Assembly (NCBI GenBank): GCA_000320545.1
Contig: ADNK01000426.1
Span: 1 to 63,097, forward strand
Reading direction: 5' to 3'
Length of the DNA: 63,097 nt
From: Bigelowiella natans CCMP2755
Lineage: Eukaryota > Protista > Cercozoa
Shown here: piece by piece, positions 56,594 to 63,097 of the stretch
Position numbering within the stretch: the first letter of the stretch is position 1
How the letters are laid out: every line of letters begins with the position of its first letter
The notes under the pieces: generated by a model
The model's input: only the letters and a program-made list of their open reading frames with translations
Database searches by the model: none
Told to the model about the DNA's origin: nothing
Made by a program: the position numbers and the translations under genes

Positions 56594-58004
56594 ATGCCGG
56601 TAATGCTTAAGTCGATGATCTCCGTTCATGTTATGAAGTATGGAAATGTTGTGTAATTATGCTCTACACCGTCAACTCTTCAATAGGAGGATACGAAACA
56701 CCTCGGCGTCAGCACGGGGACTACTAGGAGCACAATGACTAATAAGAGTCGTAAACCCACAAGGGGAGGGTAATAAATACTACTTTGTCCTTTAATTGGT
56801 TTTGATAGAGTGTGTTTGCTTGGTTGTAACTGATGTGATTAGAACCAACCAAACGATGCGGAGGTCCCGATCTCGACGCACAATGAATAATGGACGACGA
56901 TTGGGTAAAAATGCCAAAAATCGAAGACCACAGGTTATCTTAGAACCCCAAAGTCGCAACTATATTACCATATTCAGTAGCAAAACAACGGCATGACTAT
57001 CTTTGTTGGACTATCTATCGTTCGCTCTATCATCAGATCTTCATTCTTGGTCGAGTGGCCAATCCAGTACCTCTCACCAAACGTGGAAAGAATATTATGA
57101 TGCAGCATCCTTCAGAATCAAAGGTTTTGAATCTTAAAATAACGTCGATTACCCCATTTAAGAAATCCATAGCGAAAATAGAACATTTATATGGCTCTGA
57201 AGATGATCCAAAAAAGGCTAGCACGTGCTAAAATACATACTACTTTTGCATGAAGAACATGGGCACAAGTATTGGTGATGGAGCAAGCCTAACTGGAATT
57301 CAAGGTGACACACACGCACACTCACACGCATACGCACACGCAGAGAGAGGAGAGAAAAAGACCGGGATGATTGATAGAAAACTATTGTAAATATCATTGT
57401 TATGTATCTGCTTGATTTCTCCTAGACATGGGTCCTTGGACTGGATTGGATGATATGAAAAAGACACCAGTCAAGGTCAGATCAACTGGCTACTGCATAA
57501 TAAATACGTAGAGGAGGAGATATGAAGCAGAAAACGATCCCAAAGCTGCTACTCAACTGATATGTCGCCTTCGCATTATGACATATTTCTATATACACAG
57601 TACCTTGGACTTGGAGAGCTGCCACCAGATGTTGATTTCACAGAGGAGGAGCTTGAAAAGCCTATCACTGTCCAGGTAGTAGTAACCTTATTTTGAGGAT
57701 GGATTTATATACATGTCTTCTTCATTTGACTCGTTCTGCTTGATTCGCTCAGATTTCCGAAAGTGATACAATGGAAGTGTTTTTCAAGAGGAGCACTCTT
57801 GTCAACACCTCGCCATCGAATGCCGATGAGCTAAACTTGGAAACGTAAGAAGAGAACAGAATACTTATCTCAACCCATATCCATTCATTCATTTATGGCT
57901 TTTATCATCAGGGAGAGAAAATTAGATCACCAAGAGCGCTTAAATAAGCATTTCGAGCAAGCTGACAAATATCAGGTATTGTTGGAGTTCACTTGCATCC
58001 GTAC

Positions 58005-58049
<45 letters not shown>

Positions 58050-58463
58050 CAATAATCGCATTTACATTATTTTCTTTCACGTGCATTTTTGTTCCTCAGT
58101 TTCGGCAAACAGAGACTTTAAACAACATTACGCGGTGCAAGAACATCCAAACTGAGACCCCTGAAACTAGAGAAATGGGTAATTATGTCTGTATACGCTC
58201 ATCATGTGTAGCACCATTGAATAAAGGAGAGGTGTGATAGGATCAGCCAAATGTTGGATGAAGATGCGGTTATGTTGTGCATGCTCTACTGATTGCGTTG
58301 TTAGTAGTTGGAACAAATACCTCTTCTAAAAAGACAATAACTACAACTATTTCCATCTTTACACAATTGTTGATATGCTTCTCTCTCTCTCTCTCCTCCT
58401 CCTCCTCATATCTCTTTTTGTCGTTAGTTAGCTCACAAACCTATCATCATGTGATGATTTGCT

Positions 58464-58497
<34 letters not shown>

Positions 58498-59525
58498 AGG
58501 GTGCATGACGACGACCTTTGATATATTTGACACTTACAATCCACCCAAAGAGGAGGCTGTGCAATTCGTAATAAGACTTCTTTGCTAGCTGCTACATCAT
58601 TCAGCAATTTTAAAATACCATTGATCACGGAGAGTTGAGGCACGTATAAATTGATGTTACTTTTCATATGATGACAAATCTTGCAGAAAACAACAGAACG
58701 AATTAACAATGATAAGAGAACTAACAATATATTAAATGTTGTGAAAGATTGCTGGGTTGGAGACTAGCAATAATTCTCCCGGAGATAGCAGCAGTAGCGG
58801 ACCAACAATTCGCTCTGGGGGCGGAAGCGGCGGAGGAGGAAACTCGGTGCTAATTAAAGCTGCTTCTTGTTGTATATATTATTCATTTGGAACATATTTC
58901 TCTTTCTAAATAATTAATTATGCATCGACACGTCTTGATGTTGCGTTATGTATATATCGTTGTTGTGTCTTCAGGACGCACGGAGCGTTGCTTCTGGAGC
59001 TAGCTCGAGCATGATGAGAGGGTATTATTTATCGTCGTGAAATCAATCATCCATCTTTTAATGCCCCACCCTCATCATTGCATTTTTATGTTTCTTCCTC
59101 TCTCTCGTAAACAATAGAATTTTGAGTTTGATATTAACGGTTTATTTCGAAACAAACTTATAAAAGTTGTGCATTGTTGCAGTGAATGAGTGAGTGAGTG
59201 AGTAACATCATTGGTCATCGTCATCATCATCAGGTCGTCAACGGCAGTAGGGTTACGTTCAGCCATGCAAGGTTCAGTAGCATTGCAAGACCTCTCTCAA
59301 TTCGGTTTATCACAAATGGGAAGAGGGGGAGGAGACGGACAGCATCCTTACCGTGGTGCCGGTATTGGGTCATCTGCTGATGAAGCTCAGATCAATCCAG
59401 ATGTATTGCAAGTGCGAATGCTTTGTTGCTTTGAGAACTTCCGACAGGTTATTATATATTAATATTGGAGACATATTATTATTGTGCACAGCTACTACTA
59501 CTGAGATGATAGTCCTCCTCTCCTA

Positions 59526-59570
<45 letters not shown>

Positions 59571-60422
59571 CTGTCGAAACGGTTGAACGCGCTGTGATAA
59601 ATAACACGATGCACGTCAAGCAAAGAAAGTGAGCCACATCATTTCTTACCCTCATACACTAAATTAAGTGGTAATTTTCATTGATTCGTCTATGATACGT
59701 TCTCTTAGTTCTCTCTATTCTCACATATCATCTGCTTCTCTTCTCCACCTCCCCAACCCCCCTTTCTTTGGTGTGCATGTGTGTGTGCTATGATTTATTA
59801 GGTATAGAGCAAAGACAGATGTTCTTGAGGAAATGGTAATTATGAACATTCGTGCGCGCTACTTTGATTGTTCTCTTCTCTCTTTCTTTCTCCATGGTTC
59901 TTATAATGTATTATTTTTAACGTGATTGACATTTTAGATGATGGCAATTTCGGATCGACCGACTGTGGAAAAGAAGGATGACAATCGAAGCAGCACCCGG
60001 TGGTTTTGCTGCTTTCGATCTTGAATCAATCATCGTTATCAAACATTACCACTATTACTCCTACAACAACAACAACAACAACAACTATTACTACTACTAC
60101 AACTACTTCAGAAATAGCATGATTCTGAAAGATTATTAAGATTTGTTTGTTTACGTACTTTTGTTGTTCCATGAATTAGGAAAACCAAGATCAAAACCGA
60201 TTTAAAAGTTAATACTGAAGACAAAAAAGAGGAGAACTCAGACAATGTTGCTACTTCCAATGATGATAACGACAAGGTTGCGGCACCCTCCACAAAGGAG
60301 GAGGAGGAGGACAAAAAGGCTCAGTTTGAGGATGATGGTGATGATGAAGAAACTGCAAACCTCACTTCTACGGTTTGTACTAATGAGCAAAAATAGGCAG
60401 TTAGCAAGTCGATTCATACATC

Positions 60423-60463
<41 letters not shown>

Positions 60464-62274
60464 GGGAACCGCCCTACTTCTCCTACTCGTATTACTAATA
60501 CTGATACTACTACTATTACCACAACAACTTCCACGGCTGGCAATGGAATTGTCTTTCTTACGAGAAATCACTTATAATATTCCAGCAAAACGCTGTATTG
60601 ATTTGAAAACCAACTGATTCATTCAACTACGTCTCAATAGAATAATCTTGTGGAGCAAACACATTCTGGAATAGAGCTGCTGTGGTGTTTCAATAGCGAA
60701 GATACAATGGGCAAAAACGTGAGCTGCATGTCATGGAACATCAAAAATCCAGATCTATTGGCTGTAGGATATGGGTAATATCTTAGATTATATAATCATC
60801 TTGTTGTGCATAAAAGTAGAGAGTATGAATGCAGAGTTCATTTCCTTGTACATTGATGTAGTACCGCATGTATTATTTGTGCACATTATAGTTCATACGA
60901 GTTCGGAAAACGAGAAGGCGGCGAAATATTATTTTGGTCCATGAAGAATCCCCTGCATCCCTGCAAGGTCTGTGGACGACGCATCCTTTACATGAGTTGA
61001 TTCTCCTGGTGATTGATAACGTCGAGAATGATCTACCAACTATATTTGCAGAGAATAAAAACAAGTGACGACGTTGTGAGCTTGGATTTCTCTTCCACAG
61101 CCCCCAATCTTCTAGCGGTCACGAATATTCAATATAATATTATATTATAGTAATTAAAGTGACACGATGGTTCATTCTCTACCATGGGGATGGGGTAGAA
61201 ACCACAAAATGTGGAAATACCTTGTTATTCTTCTCCGTTTTCTTCTGTTGTCTCATTTTCTCTCCTGCCTCGTAATCATCATTTTCATCATCAGGCTGGA
61301 TTTCGAGATGGAAGTGTGATGATCTTTGATATCCGGGAACCAGGTAATAGCAGCAGTATAATACATTGTGCATAATTGCCATCGTTATATCCCGGAGAAA
61401 TGATTGTAGTGGTAGTAGTAGTAGTAGTTGTTGTTGTTTCAGCAACTGTTCCAATGGAATATTTTAGGTTATTTATGAATGTATGACGAATGCTTCATCT
61501 CATGATATTCACATAACTCACATGATGATTCTCGCAATTACTATCACTCACTTCAACCACTGCAAATACGACAACAACAAAATGATGTGTGTTGATTATT
61601 TTAATAGGACACGAACCTGTCCTCAAATCCACGCACATCAAAGGAATAAAATCAAAAGTACTAATTGTTAGCAACCATTTATTTGTCATATATTGTTCTT
61701 CAATCATTCCTTATATTGCCATAGCAGTTGATTTCAGCAAAGGAACAAACCATTTAACATGCCCATCCTCCCTTTTAATAAAACAAATTATTGATCCATG
61801 GGAAACAGGGAGGGATAGGATGAAAGTGATATCAGAATTAGTTGGACATCATTTACGCAATAATAGTGAGAGTATGATGGTATATTGCTACTGGTTTTGT
61901 TCAACTTTTAATCAAACTATAATTTCCCACTCTTTCTTCAACTGCCATTAATTTAGACAGAGTGCGTGTGTATATAGCGTTTGCATGCATATGAAGGTAC
62001 GTGTTTTCTCACTCATCATGTCTGGTGACCCTCCCCCCCCCCTCCCCATTAGCATTCCGACGCTGTGTGGGGTGTAAATTGGATTCAGTCGGGTAACACT
62101 GGCGGGCAAAGTCTTACGTCTATCTCATCAGATGGATCAGTACTTATGTGGAATATGAAAAAAGGGTAAGTGACTTAGTACTACTCACAATTTCAAGAAC
62201 AAGGATGTGACGTATATATGCTCAAACCAACAATGTTATATATATATATATATATATATATATCTTGTTGTGAC

Positions 62275-62314
<40 letters not shown>

Positions 62315-62891
62315 CTCTCTCTCTTTCTCAATTCTCAGATTAGAACCAAAAGAGATCATGCAGCTAAAGCGCATCCCAAATCCCGCTGTTCTCCAGGTCT
62401 GCTGCTGTCTCTTCTTTCTAAATTTGGACAACAATAACAACAACAACTGCATATAAATATGATGATAAACTCTACATCCTTACACTGATTGACTACAATG
62501 ATCAATCTTAGGGAAGCAGCAAGGTCGATGTCATATCTCGTGAAGCAGGGGCTCTAAGCATTGATTTTTTCAATTCAAAGCAGCAGAACTTGGTAAGTTC
62601 CGCATCCTGACAGATCAACCAATCAGTAGTGAAATACTTGTGCTGTGAGACTGTCTTACCATTGTTATTTTGATTGAATAACAGTACATTGCTGCCACTG
62701 AGGATGGAATTGTTCATAAGTGCTCGACGTTGTATTCTGAGCAAACGCTTGAGAACTACATTGGCCACACTGGGCCTGTGTATGCTGTCAAATGCTCGCC
62801 ATACTCGGATTTGTTCCTTTCATGTAGCGCAGATGAAAGTAATAAAACATGAATAGACAAACACCCACATACATTACATATGGATAAATAA

Positions 62892-62926
<35 letters not shown>

Positions 62927-63097
62927 CACGATCAAAAATCCATCTCCTAGATTAATATGACTCGAACAAAATTGCATGCTGCAATTGAATCTGCTCAGGA
63001 ATCATTTTGTGGGACCACAAATCTACCAAACCTATTCTCCAAATCAAGAAAGATAAAGATGCCGTCCAAGGCTTGGTCAACTATCTACACACACACA
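56594..63097 (+). CDS. DNAI4: axonemal dynein intermediate chain WDR78/IC138-like (WD40), truncated at window end
   Basis: EEELEKPITVQISESDT; VERAVINN; LLWCF...KNVSCMSWNIKNPDLLAVGYG; ILFWSMKNP; VSLDFSSTAPNLLA|AGFRDG; HSDAVWGVNW...SISSDG; ATEDGIVHKCSTLYSEQTLENYIGHTGPVY. The start codon (56594 or 56735) is uncertain. Confidence 0.87.

Overview
Gene-dense, intron-rich eukaryotic nuclear DNA from a flagellated protist. A chlorarachniophyte-like alga is plausible given a bipartite-looking presequence, but this is inference. Most six-frame ORFs are artefacts of microsatellite-stuffed introns. Splicing GT/GC-AG exons by eye gives about 13 genes: a Popeye/cNMP-binding-like protein, an unknown gene, a KMO-like FAD monooxygenase, a PDZ-PDZ + TULIP/BPI-like protein, NFX1, NXF1/Mex67, an unknown protein with a hydrophobic N-terminus, an ABC1/ADCK kinase, an intronless double cytidylyltransferase + GHMP-like fusion, an FGD-like DH-PH-FYVE GEF, another unknown gene and WDR78/DNAI4 (truncated). 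A complete miniature LTR element (TRIM) lies at 44286-45117. The most striking signal is a set of intergenic islands with TpA almost eliminated except inside CTAG, while CpG is kept. LTR-LTR differences and broken palindromes indicate directional TpA->TpG/CpA (A->G) hypermutation, the reverse of fungal RIP. Exon boundaries were read manually and are approximate.
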